A stretch of 64,000 nucleotides of DNA, from the sequence record NC_070950.1, one strand, 5' to 3'. This document shows, piece after piece, positions 19,220 through 29,789 of this stretch. A program made the translations under genes and the position numbers. How positions within the stretch are numbered: position 1 is the first letter of the stretch; every line of letters begins with the position of its first letter. The notes beneath the pieces are model-generated. The model ran no database searches. It had not been told where the DNA came from and was given only the letters and a program-made list of their open reading frames with translations.

Positions 19220-21823
19220 ATGGACATGAGTGTGTCGTTGGTTCAACCAAGAACTGACTTGATACGTTACGCCGAGTCCAATATGTGGTCGTCTCCCTAT
19301 AACGATCAACAATTCAGGCTGGAGCTACAACGTATCAGTCCCCCAGTAGGGTTGGTCAATACCTTTACGTATATGGGTAAAGGGAGAGGATTACCTGATT
19401 CTACTACCCCTCATCACGTCTATACTCTTAGTGGTACCTCGCTAGGGTACTGGAACTTCATCAACAAAAATATAAAAACTAATCCAGTTGATACCTGGGT
19501 GAGAGTTGATTGGCTCAGCCATCAGCGTGGTGTTTATATTGAACTTTATCGCCCGGACGGCAGAATCTATCCAAGAGATTGCGCGTGGATCATGCGGACT
19601 TATGACGGTGCACACCTTCTTTGTGTGGAACGTTTAACCAACTACCCGCTGCCATTAAACGATAACTTCTATCTACGGTGTTATACCCCTGATTGGGATA
19701 TTTATCGTGGGGTAGAAGGAACCGACGAAAATAACGGGTTTCAGTATACCAGTTTTGTCGGTCCAACTCAGGCTAATCTCACGGCGCTCCAAACCCAACT
19801 CAATACGTGGAGTGGTTTAGGTGGATTATCGTCCATTTATGTCGATGGAATAAAATGTCCGTCTCTTCCTACGGTGTCAGCTGTTACGCTGAACACTATC
19901 GTAGAGATTTTCTACGATCCGACCGTTTATAGAGTCGATAACTACGACTTGAAAACTCTGCCGGACTTCTATTCTGATTTGGATAGCAAGCGCAAATACA
20001 TCGTTCACCCTCCTAAGGTTGAAGGTGACTGGGCGTTCCGGTACTTCGACGATTGCGACATCTACATCACGACACCGGCCGGGAAAGGGTTATATTTCAA
20101 TATCAATAGCCCTGATGCATTGCGTCAACTCACTCACGCTGACTACAGTGTGAGCGCTGATTACATCGCGACCCTTATTGATACCCTGGCCGATCTTAAG
20201 AATCGAGACGATCTGAAACTGCAGGTGATTTATCGCAGCACGAACTGGAGTCACGATCTCGTATGGGAAGCCAATCGAATCAGGTACCTTTACCGTCTTG
20301 ATGATAATGGAATAATCAACGCAATGACTGCGGTTCACTCCACGTTGCCTGAATGGACAGCCAGTGGTTTGGAAAATTCTTATTCCATGCTGATCAACAG
20401 ACAGAAATGGGGAGAGCTGACCGATGAGAATATCGTTAAAGCGTTAGGGTTTAATGCCCTGACACAAGCTTTAGCGTCATCACCGGTATCAATGCCCTAC
20501 GTGGAAGGATACGCCGGTTACGACGTTCCTGTTAGCTTCCAGGAAGCTTGCGTGGCTTTTGAGTACGATGCCGATGGATTGCTCATCAACAATTATCCGT
20601 TGACTAACGCACTGAAATACGCTCCTAATAATCCAACCTGCGCCATGGTGGAGTTCATCGCTGGTAGTCCGGCTATCACCAGACATCAAGTGATTGGGAG
20701 TGATCCGGTTACACTGTTGAGTAACTGGTCTTATTTAGCATTGCAATCCGGCCGGTTAGTTTCCACTGGGGAATCTGACGGGAAATGGGTACCTGCGGTA
20801 TTGGGGACTGACTATACCGTTACCAATGGTGTTCTTACCTGGATCCATGATTCAACAAACCGGATAGGTAGAGTTATCTTTAACGATGTTTTCCTTTACA
20901 AGGATTTCACGCTATCACATCTCGACAACTCTATTTATTTCGCCATTACCGAAATATGGGAAGGCGGCGGGATAGCTGCGGACATCGCGCCGGCCAACAT
21001 CTATATTTGGATGAACGGTCATCCCCTCATTCTTAACGTCGATTACGTGATGGATTACCCTAGAGTGTTCATCAATAACAAGATGTATTTGAATGAGAGC
21101 GGAGAAAACGATTTTGTCGTGGCTGCGTTCGGGATAAGTACGAGTTTAACTCAGCCGGTAGAAGAATCTGAATTAGGTTATATCGTCGGCGGAACCATCG
21201 GGGTTAACGGGCGTTACAATATCCGGGACGGAAGGGATACGAGGCTTATCGCCGCAGGTCGGTTATTCCCATCTGATGGTATTGACGATTCAGAGCAACA
21301 CGCCCCTCAGAACGCCGGCTATTCTCTCAACGGTTACCCGTATCAGGTTAAGCACGTCTATCAGACCGTTCAAAAAGCGGTGGATTTTAATAACTATCCT
21401 CGGTACGCCGAAGACAGGGATTTGGATAATCGCATCTGTACTTACCTGACGACGTATTGTGAGAAACCAGGACCTATTGTTTGGCCTAACATCTCCGATA
21501 AATACAGATTGTTTAGTCCTTTCCTGAATCAGATCGTAAATGCAATATTGCTGAAAATCATTACCATCCCTGCACCAACCACAGGTGGGGTATTCAGCAA
21601 ACAGGTAATCAATGAGCTAACCAAAGATTATCAATGGTTGCTTGATTACGATCCGGCTTTCTTGAAATACGACTTGCGGTATTACACGATCAATCCGTTT
21701 TCCATGGCGGGTATGCAAACTGTAACAACCGCCCAGTTACTCTTCATCACTCAGGTTAACGAAATCTATCTCAATAGCGCGTGCGGCATAGAGGGATATT
21801 TTGAGGTAAATAATAATGTTTGA
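19220..21823 (+). CDS. Virion structural / baseplate-region protein (phiKZ gp27-like)
   Basis: 867 aa, rich in aromatic and beta-forming residues; synteny. Confidence 0.55.
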   Translation: MDMSVSLVQPRTDLIRYAESNMWSSPYNDQQFRLELQRISPPVGLVNTFTYMGKGRGLPDSTTPHHVYTLSGTSLGYWNFINKNIKTNPVDTWVRVDWLSHQRGVYIELYRPDGRIYPRDCAWIMRTYDGAHLLCVERLTNYPLPLNDNFYLRCYTPDWDIYRGVEGTDENNGFQYTSFVGPTQANLTALQTQLNTWSGLGGLSSIYVDGIKCPSLPTVSAVTLNTIVEIFYDPTVYRVDNYDLKTLPDFYSDLDSKRKYIVHPPKVEGDWAFRYFDDCDIYITTPAGKGLYFNINSPDALRQLTHADYSVSADYIATLIDTLADLKNRDDLKLQVIYRSTNWSHDLVWEANRIRYLYRLDDNGIINAMTAVHSTLPEWTASGLENSYSMLINRQKWGELTDENIVKALGFNALTQALASSPVSMPYVEGYAGYDVPVSFQEACVAFEYDADGLLINNYPLTNALKYAPNNPTCAMVEFIAGSPAITRHQVIGSDPVTLLSNWSYLALQSGRLVSTGESDGKWVPAVLGTDYTVTNGVLTWIHDSTNRIGRVIFNDVFLYKDFTLSHLDNSIYFAITEIWEGGGIAADIAPANIYIWMNGHPLILNVDYVMDYPRVFINNKMYLNESGENDFVVAAFGISTSLTQPVEESELGYIVGGTIGVNGRYNIRDGRDTRLIAAGRLFPSDGIDDSEQHAPQNAGYSLNGYPYQVKHVYQTVQKAVDFNNYPRYAEDRDLDNRICTYLTTYCEKPGPIVWPNISDKYRLFSPFLNQIVNAILLKIITIPAPTTGGVFSKQVINELTKDYQWLLDYDPAFLKYDLRYYTINPFSMAGMQTVTTAQLLFITQVNEIYLNSACGIEGYFEVNNNV

Positions 21824-23531
21824 TACCAGCACCACATCGACCACATCAAGTACGAGTGTTGCGGCGACGGGTCCTCAGTTACCTAACTCGAATGATCTAC
21901 TCACCCCACTCGATATTTCCAACCTTTACGATCCGGATACGGTAGCCGATTCTGATGCGTCAAAATACATCGTTGGTCGTGAAGGCCAAACGGTCATAGA
22001 CGGATTGAACCAACGAGCTTACGTCATTACTCACGTTGGGACTGAAGATGCGAAATACAAATCAACGTTAAAACGGATAGGGTTTGTTACGGATAGCGAC
22101 GACAACTCCAGTGACATCATCGGTTTACCGGGACGCTTTGCCGGCAATGGTGTTTTGGGAATCGACTACAGTGTCAGACCTCCTCGGGCTGTCATCGATG
22201 GTCGTGTATGGGCTCCTGATGCGGCCTACGGTTTGCTTTATAAAGGCGTGGTTATCGGTGATAGCGGTCAGGTCATTTCTGTTCAATACGCAACTAATGG
22301 TGATTTGATTTCTAATCAGGTCCCGACTAAATTAGCTGCGGTTAACAACATGACCAACCACAGTATTTTCACCACTACTGCTTTTTCGGTGACTCAAACG
22401 GCTGACGAACTCCCGGACGGAAGTTTGTGCACGCTGGTGTTCTTCGATGCGGCCGGTAACATGATTCCCGAACCTTATGAACTTGGCGTGATGCACACTG
22501 CGTTGCTGAGAGATCATCAGATCGGGATCAAGTATGTTTCGGCTATTGAACTGATATCTCCTTGGTTCACCGATACGACCGATCCTACTACGCTGAACAT
22601 TCCTATCAACGTTGCGATGAGCTCGGTTCAATTCTCTGCGCGCATCCATTATAACGATGGATCAACCAAAGAGCAATTGATTGACGGGACCAAATGTGCG
22701 ATCATCGGGCTCAATGAATACAAACCTACTACGGTAGGTCAGCGTGCTTCGATCGTACTTCGGTATTCGTTCGATGAGGATGAACAGGCTTTAATTGCTA
22801 CACCTAATTATCCAGACATGATCACCCAGGCTTATCAGATCGTTTGTACTCAGGTTAACGGCGCTTACTCTCCAAAACTCTACACTTATCCGGTGTGGAA
22901 CGGAACAGGGTATTCGCTCAAACATTACCTGTACGATCTTACCCGCGGATATGCAACTGACGTTACTCAGCATGTTACACTCAACGACACGTCGCCAGCC
23001 TTCCAGCCGGCTAACTATGGCGTTCAGCAAGACATGGTGTTTAACCTGACGCTGTCAGACGTATCTTCGACGTTTAAAGCGTGGACGCTGGTACAGCATA
23101 CTTCTATTACGTTGTATAAAGCGAATACCGGGACGGGTCGTCGTTGGGCTATCCAGTACTCTTCTGCGAATAACCCTTACGTCGCTTATAACGTCGGGTA
23201 TACCGAAGCCAATGGTGTTCAGTCCATTAACCTGGCTGGCTCCATCCTCACGATTTCTGATTGGTTGAATCGACTCTACTATCCGGTAGAACCATTGATC
23301 GATACCACGAAAGAATCGGCGGCTCTGGTTCCTAACTATATCCGGTTGGTTGACACTAACGGGGTTACTCACGACCTTGAAATCAACGATTGGAATAAAC
23401 CTCAAGCGCTCACTTCTCCTGTTGCAAGTGGTCAAACCCTCTTCCTGCAATGGATTCAGAAATCAGAGAACGGGGCCGAACTCCAATTGGCGACCACGGG
23501 TGTTGTTGTAGACGTCGCTCCGAGCAATTAA
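21816..23531 (+). CDS. Virion structural protein (phiKZ gp26-like)
   Basis: 571 aa; synteny upstream of terminase. Confidence 0.55.
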   Translation: MFDTSTTSTTSSTSVAATGPQLPNSNDLLTPLDISNLYDPDTVADSDASKYIVGREGQTVIDGLNQRAYVITHVGTEDAKYKSTLKRIGFVTDSDDNSSDIIGLPGRFAGNGVLGIDYSVRPPRAVIDGRVWAPDAAYGLLYKGVVIGDSGQVISVQYATNGDLISNQVPTKLAAVNNMTNHSIFTTTAFSVTQTADELPDGSLCTLVFFDAAGNMIPEPYELGVMHTALLRDHQIGIKYVSAIELISPWFTDTTDPTTLNIPINVAMSSVQFSARIHYNDGSTKEQLIDGTKCAIIGLNEYKPTTVGQRASIVLRYSFDEDEQALIATPNYPDMITQAYQIVCTQVNGAYSPKLYTYPVWNGTGYSLKHYLYDLTRGYATDVTQHVTLNDTSPAFQPANYGVQQDMVFNLTLSDVSSTFKAWTLVQHTSITLYKANTGTGRRWAIQYSSANNPYVAYNVGYTEANGVQSINLAGSILTISDWLNRLYYPVEPLIDTTKESAALVPNYIRLVDTNGVTHDLEINDWNKPQALTSPVASGQTLFLQWIQKSENGAELQLATTGVVVDVAPSN

Positions 23532-23543
23532 GATTCGTTATCC

Positions 23544-23579
23544 TAACTACCGGTCTGAAAAGACCGGTAGTTATATTTT
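23544..23579 (+). terminator. Intrinsic terminator / hairpin
   Basis: TAACTACCGGTCT-GAAA-AGACCGGTAGTTA. Confidence 0.75.
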
Positions 23580-23614
23580 ATATCGAGACCGAGACAAACC
23601 GACAGGATAAAAAC

Positions 23615-26600
23615 ATGTTTGCAAGTAAAGACGAATTAGAACTACATCTTGCAAGAGAAAAACTTGCTATGATAGGCGCGACAGAAAGTCAGCTCCCCGA
23701 ATACCTGCTCGATGACGACACAGAAGCGCTTCCCATCAGGACCCCAGAAGAGTTGCTTCTAGCCCATTATCGAGAAGATACGTTAAGCGCGATCAAAACG
23801 GTCAGGTTCTTAAAGGACTTCGAACGTTATAACGCTAAACCGGATCTGACGACGAAGAACATCTCTTTCTTAAAGGTTGCTGAAATCTTTAGACTGATGG
23901 GGATAAAGAATTACTATTTCTGCCTCCAGCTCAACAATCCGTTGCTGATAGGGGTGGATCCTTACGACCCCAACCTGACAGATGAACAAAAATTCATGAT
24001 CCTCCAGGAGTGCCGTGAAAACTTCTGGTATTTCCTCCGTGAAGTACTTCATCTGAGCGGTGGTATTCAGTTCCAGGCAAACAGAGCAAACATCTGTTTC
24101 TTATGGTGTTATTTGTGCCACGTCAACACCATGCTAATCATTCCAAGGCAATTCGGGAAAAATTCTAAATTAGATTCTCTTGTAAAAATACCCAATGGCT
24201 GGAAGAAAATGGGGGATATGCGCAAGGGTGACGTAGTATCCACTCCTGATGGTAAAACGGCTAAAGTTACTGGAGTTTATCCCCAAGGTGTCACGCCTTT
24301 ATATAAAGTTACTTTTAAAGACGGAAGAGAATCTTACGTTGGGTCTGATCATTATTGGACAGTATGGGATCCGGGTAAGGGCGATGGCGGGGTCTGGCGA
24401 ACACTGACCACACTCGAGTGCCAACAACGCATGACCGAGATGAAGAAAGCGCATAACTATCTTTCCGTTCCTTTGGTTCAGCCTGATAATGATCCAGATA
24501 AGAAACTTGCCATTCATCCTTATGTTCTAGGTGTTTTACTGGGTGACGGATGCATCTCTAATAAAAGCGTTGTTGTAGCTAAACCAGATAAAGAGATGTT
24601 CGATAAGGTTACAGGGCTCATCCCTGAGTCACTGGAAACCTCATGGGTTGATGATAAGAGCTTTATCATCAGACGTAAGCCGACTAACATAACCCAGAAC
24701 AATCAACTTAAAGATGATTTAACCAATCTCGATTTATTCGGATTGCGGTCCTGGGAGAAATTTGTTCCTACCGATTACTTAAATGGTTCTTATCGCCAGC
24801 GTTTAGAGTTGCTACAGGGTTTACTTGATACTGATGGTCACGCAGGTACCGGTGGTAACATTGAGTACTGTACAACATCTCCTAAACTTGCTAAAGATTT
24901 CGTTTACCTCGCTCGTAGCATCGGGGCAATATGTTCTTGTAAAGAACGCCACACGTATTACACACATAATGGCGAGAGACGCCAGGGGAGATTATCTTAT
25001 CGCATTAGTGTTCGACACACACAGCCTTGGGAACTCTTCACGTTAAGTCGTAAACGAGATCGTTTAGTTGACAAAACACGAGGGTTAAAATTTAACAGCC
25101 GTCTAACCATGCGTTCCATCGAGTATGTAGGGGAAGAAGAGACTCAGTGCATTGAAGTGGACCATCCTGATCATCTTTACATCATGGATGATTTCGTCGT
25201 CACTCACAACACGGTTTCTGCCCAGAGCATTATGTTCTGGTTAACTTACCTAACCGGGCAGTCTTATGAGTCCCACTTAATCACCCTGAAAGACGATAAC
25301 CGTAGTCAGTTCGTAGAGGCGTTAAAGGGTATTCGTAACAACATCCCGAGTTACTTAACCAACGTAGGGTGGCGAGATAAGGATAGCGGTAACTCGTTAA
25401 CCTATAGTGCGTTTGGGGATGATAAGAAGAACATCTTCCGTATTAGCGTCCCGCAAATCGGTAGAGAAGCCGCTCGTAACGTTGGTCGTGGTTTGACTAT
25501 CAAAACCCGTATGATCGACGAACCGGCATATATCAACTTCATGGAAGAGATACTTAACGGTGCAGGTCCTAGTACGCTAACGGCTCGTGCTAACGCCAGA
25601 AGAATAGGCGAACCCTATGGGACGGGATTCATTACCACGCCTGCGAGTAAAACGACGGCAAGCGGCGAATACATGTACAACATGTTGATGGATGCGACCG
25701 AGTGGCGAGAAACGTTCTTCGACAGTTTTAACGAGAGTCATCTGTACCAGCGTTTGATTAAAGCGAGTCCTGTGGAGGGAATCACCAGCCCTACAGTAGG
25801 AATGGTTTTCAACTACTTGCAGCTGGGTAGGAATAAGGACTGGGTTAAGAAAACCATAGACGAGTTAAAGTTAAGTTTAGCCGAAGCGAAGATCGACTTA
25901 CTGTTAATGTGGGACGACGCAAGTAAAGGTAAACTTTTCGACGACTTAACCCGAGAAGCGTTAAACGAGGGTAAACGAGGGATACTCTGGAGTCAGGAAG
26001 TAGGGAGCACGGGTTTGTTTATCGACTGGTTTATTACGCCAGAAGAACACACCCGGATCATAACTGGCAACAGTCAGACCTTTTACGTCGTTGGATGCGA
26101 TACCTCTGCTGCGCAAAACCGAGATGCCTGTACAGTAGTGATAAGGGATGTCATGGATGGTAAAGTCGTTGGGGTGGGTCGTTATCCGATAGCCTACTTA
26201 ATGGACGTTGGTGAGGTACTACAAACGATCCTGTTAGAGATTAAGAACAGCTTACTGATCATCGAGCGTAACTTCGCGCATCACATGATCGACCAACTGC
26301 TCGTTAGTCTTCCTGCATTGGGGATCGATCCCTTTAAACGTATCTTTAATCAGATCATACAAGATCCGGTTAAGTACGAAAAAGAAATGATCGAGTTTAA
26401 ACAACGTAATTTCGCTAACAGAGACAGTCACTTCTATCTGAGGTTCAAACACCTGTTTGGGTTCGTTACCAATGCCAAAACGCGTGACGAAGTATATAGT
26501 TTTATCCAAGAAGCGGTAGGAACCACTGGAGATAAAATTTATTATACTAAACTCATCGACGAACTGGTTAACCTCAAAGAGAAAGGCGGGAGGATCGACC

Positions 26601-27013
26601 ACGAAAACAATAAACACGATGACCTGGTTATCGCTTGGTTGTTAGGATTCTGGTTCTTGAAACTGGGTAACAATAAAAGTGAATACGGAATTCCTCCAGG
26701 CATTAGTTTGAGTAAAATCAGCTTAATGCGTGTTGGGGACGATAAGAATGAGGAAACCAACAGTGCGCACAATGAAGCGATGGTTGCACTTTATCGTCGT
26801 AAAGTTGAAGAGCTGAGTGACAGACTTATTAAAACCACCGACAATACCGTAGCTCAAAGGATAGAGTACATGATTGACAAACTCAGCAGCATGATCCCTC
26901 AGGATAAGCGTAAGAGTTTGACCATCGATGAAATCGTTAGGAAAGCCAAGGAGGAAAGAAGTCGTCGAGTATTGGAAGCACGTAAGTTACGCAGTCGTTA
27001 CGCATACATGTAA
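23615..27013 (+). CDS. terL: Terminase large subunit (1132-aa precursor, 782 aa after intein removal)
   Basis: Walker A PRQFGK/T split by an intein, Walker B MIDE, nuclease motifs GCDTS and HDDLVIA. Start reassigned to ATG 23615 after AGGA. Confidence 0.9.
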   Translation: MFASKDELELHLAREKLAMIGATESQLPEYLLDDDTEALPIRTPEELLLAHYREDTLSAIKTVRFLKDFERYNAKPDLTTKNISFLKVAEIFRLMGIKNYYFCLQLNNPLLIGVDPYDPNLTDEQKFMILQECRENFWYFLREVLHLSGGIQFQANRANICFLWCYLCHVNTMLIIPRQFGKNSKLDSLVKIPNGWKKMGDMRKGDVVSTPDGKTAKVTGVYPQGVTPLYKVTFKDGRESYVGSDHYWTVWDPGKGDGGVWRTLTTLECQQRMTEMKKAHNYLSVPLVQPDNDPDKKLAIHPYVLGVLLGDGCISNKSVVVAKPDKEMFDKVTGLIPESLETSWVDDKSFIIRRKPTNITQNNQLKDDLTNLDLFGLRSWEKFVPTDYLNGSYRQRLELLQGLLDTDGHAGTGGNIEYCTTSPKLAKDFVYLARSIGAICSCKERHTYYTHNGERRQGRLSYRISVRHTQPWELFTLSRKRDRLVDKTRGLKFNSRLTMRSIEYVGEEETQCIEVDHPDHLYIMDDFVVTHNTVSAQSIMFWLTYLTGQSYESHLITLKDDNRSQFVEALKGIRNNIPSYLTNVGWRDKDSGNSLTYSAFGDDKKNIFRISVPQIGREAARNVGRGLTIKTRMIDEPAYINFMEEILNGAGPSTLTARANARRIGEPYGTGFITTPASKTTASGEYMYNMLMDATEWRETFFDSFNESHLYQRLIKASPVEGITSPTVGMVFNYLQLGRNKDWVKKTIDELKLSLAEAKIDLLLMWDDASKGKLFDDLTREALNEGKRGILWSQEVGSTGLFIDWFITPEEHTRIITGNSQTFYVVGCDTSAAQNRDACTVVIRDVMDGKVVGVGRYPIAYLMDVGEVLQTILLEIKNSLLIIERNFAHHMIDQLLVSLPALGIDPFKRIFNQIIQDPVKYEKEMIEFKQRNFANRDSHFYLRFKHLFGFVTNAKTRDEVYSFIQEAVGTTGDKIYYTKLIDELVNLKEKGGRIDHENNKHDDLVIAWLLGFWFLKLGNNKSEYGIPPGISLSKISLMRVGDDKNEETNSAHNEAMVALYRRKVEELSDRLIKTTDNTVAQRIEYMIDKLSSMIPQDKRKSLTIDEIVRKAKEERSRRVLEARKLRSRYAYM
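24161..25210 (+). mobile_element. Intein (350 aa) with LAGLIDADG homing endonuclease and class-3 signature
   Basis: Block A NSKLDSLVKIPNGW, block B DHYW, block F QCIEV, block G VVTHN/T; VLLGDG and LLDTDG endonuclease motifs. Confidence 0.9.
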
Positions 27014-27015
27014 AT

Positions 27016-27034
27016 TTTTATAAGTCTATATTAC
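27016..27034 (+). promoter_or_regulatory. Putative phage early-type promoter
   Basis: TTTTATAAGTCTATATTAC contains an exact TATATTAC. Confidence 0.55.
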
Positions 27035-27065
27035 CATGATGTAAACCTCAAATAAACTTTTAGGA

Positions 27066-27290
27066 GTGAACATCATGAATAAATACAACGTTACCTTTAT
27101 CCGTCACGACGATACTCTGGTAGCCAACGTTCCTTGTGTCAACGAGGAAAAGGATGTGTTACTCGGAGGTGGGTTGGTCGATTCTCGTTTAGGTCATCTC
27201 GAAGTCGATATCAAAACGGGAACTCTCGTTCTCAGATCCAATTGCGCTAACGATTCACTTACGGCGGAATGTCGGCTGCATTACATTTAA
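27066..27290 (+). CDS. Hypothetical protein
   Basis: 74 aa with SD AGGAG. Confidence 0.7.
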   Translation: MNIMNKYNVTFIRHDDTLVANVPCVNEEKDVLLGGGLVDSRLGHLEVDIKTGTLVLRSNCANDSLTAECRLHYI

Positions 27291-27293
27291 CAT

Positions 27294-27336
27294 TATACCC
27301 CTACGGCGATTACGCCGTAGGGGTATAGTTTTTATT
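27294..27336. terminator. Bidirectional terminator
   Basis: TATACCCCTACGGCG-ATTA-CGCCGTAGGGGTATA between convergent genes. Confidence 0.85.
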
Positions 27337-27941
27337 TAGTTTTTAATGTAATCCACCAACGCTTCAAAATCACCGTCGTAAAAATACGGTTTAATTTTGA
27401 TTAAAGAACAAGCCGCCGACAGAGCATTTTCGTAACGATGAACGAATCGCTCAAAATACTCTCGGTTGAGAAGACGGGTTTCTTGATCATCTAAAATCGA
27501 TCTGGATCCCGCTCTTTGTAAAAACGTATCGTGATCGATTTTTACAAAGATAAGTTTATCGGGGTACATTTGGGTGTTGAATATTTTTAAAGCCTTTACG
27601 TTGCGTTCTATAACACTGTAAAGACCTATTCGACCATTACCCTGATAAACCGCAGTAGAAATAAAACAGCGATCGGAGATAACTGTCTTCCCTTGATTTA
27701 AAGCAGGAACAACAACTTTATCTCCTAACTCTATTCGCTGAGCAATAGCGAGATAAAGTTTTGCTTCTTCACAAATCCCGTTATCGATAATGAGATTACG
27801 GATGGTTAACAAAGAGTCCGGAGACTTAGCCGGTTCTTCCACTTGAAGAACGTCGTAATTATCGGCCTTCAATCTCTCTGTTAACTGTTTAGTTAATGTT
27901 GACTTACCCGCTAAGTCCATGCCTTCGAGAACAATGTACAT
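27336..27941 (-). CDS. tmk: Thymidylate kinase
   Basis: P-loop EGMDLAGKST and DRCFISTAVYQG motifs. Confidence 0.92.
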   Translation of the reverse strand: MYIVLEGMDLAGKSTLTKQLTERLKADNYDVLQVEEPAKSPDSLLTIRNLIIDNGICEEAKLYLAIAQRIELGDKVVVPALNQGKTVISDRCFISTAVYQGNGRIGLYSVIERNVKALKIFNTQMYPDKLIFVKIDHDTFLQRAGSRSILDDQETRLLNREYFERFVHRYENALSAACSLIKIKPYFYDGDFEALVDYIKN

Positions 27942-28011
27942 AGTGAATTTCTCCTGTAGATTTTTATCACTATAACTTATTTATAACCGTTTTAATTTAG
28001 GAGTTAGTATC

Positions 28012-28377
28012 ATGACCGAAGAAGAGTTTGATGATGAAGTCGAACAAACAGCGAATCTTCATAACCTCACAATTCCTTATGCCGAATATATCGTTATTAA
28101 AAAACTAGTTGGCCCTGAGTTAACATTTGGATTACTTCAGCATCTCGAACATCGGAACGTCCTTCACACCAAAGAAATAAAAAGTTTAAAATTATACATC
28201 TTCGATTATTACAACAATCTTAAACCGGGGATGGTTTTCGCTTATAATCAAGAAGAAGCGATCGCCATGATCAAAGAAGCGGGAATTACGGGTCAACCAG
28301 ATAAGTTCTATTCTTCGGTTAAAGAGATTGAAATTCCTGTCGATCCTATTTATATTCGTTACGCCGCTGGAGAATAA
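28012..28377 (+). CDS. Hypothetical protein
   Basis: 121 aa, SD AGGAG. Confidence 0.7.
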   Translation: MTEEEFDDEVEQTANLHNLTIPYAEYIVIKKLVGPELTFGLLQHLEHRNVLHTKEIKSLKLYIFDYYNNLKPGMVFAYNQEEAIAMIKEAGITGQPDKFYSSVKEIEIPVDPIYIRYAAGE

Positions 28378-28380
28378 ATA

Positions 28381-28827
28381 ATGTCCAATTCACAATATTC
28401 CATTTATGGTTTAAATAATATCTCCGGTGGTATTCGACGCGGAGAAACGATGGTGATAGGGGTACATACATCGTCTAAAACTTCCATGCTGAATCAGGTC
28501 ATTGACGACATCATTCTGAATTGTGGATCAAATAATGTCATGTCGGATGAAGAGGCTTTAACCCAGATCGATAAGCTGAAGAAATTTATTGCTCTTAAGC
28601 CTGTTGATTTTGTTAGCGTTACCGCGCTCAATCTTTGCGTTCAACGTAGTGACAGCACCGATGTACTGATCAGTTTTAAGAAAATGATTGAGTCAGGCAA
28701 TAGTGTTCGGGTAGACGTTATTAAGTCAAGACACGAAGTGGGTTCCGATGAGGACGCCCCTGAAATTTTTCCTCCTCACCCAGGGTGTAAACCGTTGGTC
28801 TTAATGGATCCAGAATCCGGAGAATAA
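28381..28827 (+). CDS. Hypothetical protein with a degenerate DnaB-helicase-like motif
   Basis: GLNNISGGIRRGETMVIG...KTSML and VDVIKSRH resemble DnaB motifs; 148 aa. Confidence 0.5.
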   Translation: MSNSQYSIYGLNNISGGIRRGETMVIGVHTSSKTSMLNQVIDDIILNCGSNNVMSDEEALTQIDKLKKFIALKPVDFVSVTALNLCVQRSDSTDVLISFKKMIESGNSVRVDVIKSRHEVGSDEDAPEIFPPHPGCKPLVLMDPESGE

Positions 28828-28830
28828 AAA

Positions 28831-29781
28831 ATGGAAAAGAAAAAAGAACCGTCTTTATCTGAATCAGACTCGTCTAAAAATATGCTAAGAACCCCGTTTG
28901 ATCTTGTTGACGATTATCAAGAAAATCAAAAGGGTGTTATCGATACAAACCCCCCAAAACTTATTCCTCGGATTACTGGTGTCAGATGTTCCCTTTTTAG
29001 AAGAGAGGATCTTGTTAAAGCCATGCGGGTCATCTCATCGCCTTTCAGGCCAGCAGAGTCGTCAGAGAACGATGCCGCGCAACAGCAACAAAGAATTGAA
29101 ATTCTGGCTAAAAAGATAGCGGGGACATTTGATTGTTCTAGGGAGCAAGCCGAACGGATTGTAAGAGGAGCGCTAGTCCAAAAAGGTATTAATGAAGCAC
29201 TTGACAATATGTTTGATAATCTTAGTGAGTTTCAGGAAATTGGTGAAATAAAAGACGGGCGCCTTACGCTGATTCCATCTAATGAAAAGGGCGTGATTAA
29301 ACTCGCCTTACCTAACGATCAACTCCCTACAGATGTGCTTGGTCAGAAACCAGATTTGGCATGGGATGGAGAACCGGCTTTTAGAAGAGAAGATTTGTTT
29401 AAAGATATTCCTGATGTTGACCTAGAAGAGGCGTATCCGGGTACCCGTAAAACAAATCCTGAACTATACCGGACTTCACCTTATCCGACTCCCGAAGAGA
29501 TGATTACTTCTCAGAACATCGGGATGGGTAAGTTGGTACACGTTACCGACAAATGGTTCTTCTATCGTCATCACCAATTCCACAACATTCATCACAAACG
29601 TCGTAGAGCACACTTCGATGAAATCAGTCTTATGCTGATGCGTTTTAACTGGGCTCGGCACAAAGAAGAGCTGCATAAGAAGAAATATCATATCTTCGAT
29701 AAGACCCCTCGGGCTAAGGCTGAACGTTTAGCACTTAAACGTTCGAGAGAAAAGATTAAATCGACTTTGATGATTAGCTGA
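28831..29781 (+). CDS. Hypothetical protein, basic/His-rich C-terminus
   Basis: 316-aa ORF in operon. Confidence 0.65.
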   Translation: MEKKKEPSLSESDSSKNMLRTPFDLVDDYQENQKGVIDTNPPKLIPRITGVRCSLFRREDLVKAMRVISSPFRPAESSENDAAQQQQRIEILAKKIAGTFDCSREQAERIVRGALVQKGINEALDNMFDNLSEFQEIGEIKDGRLTLIPSNEKGVIKLALPNDQLPTDVLGQKPDLAWDGEPAFRREDLFKDIPDVDLEEAYPGTRKTNPELYRTSPYPTPEEMITSQNIGMGKLVHVTDKWFFYRHHQFHNIHHKRRRAHFDEISLMLMRFNWARHKEELHKKKYHIFDKTPRAKAERLALKRSREKIKSTLMIS

Positions 29782-29789
29782 GGTTAGAC

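Noticed and set aside
23450-23614. 55-aa N-terminal extension of terminase in the ORF track
   Set aside because: Overlaps the upstream gene and a terminator; the SD favours ATG 23615.
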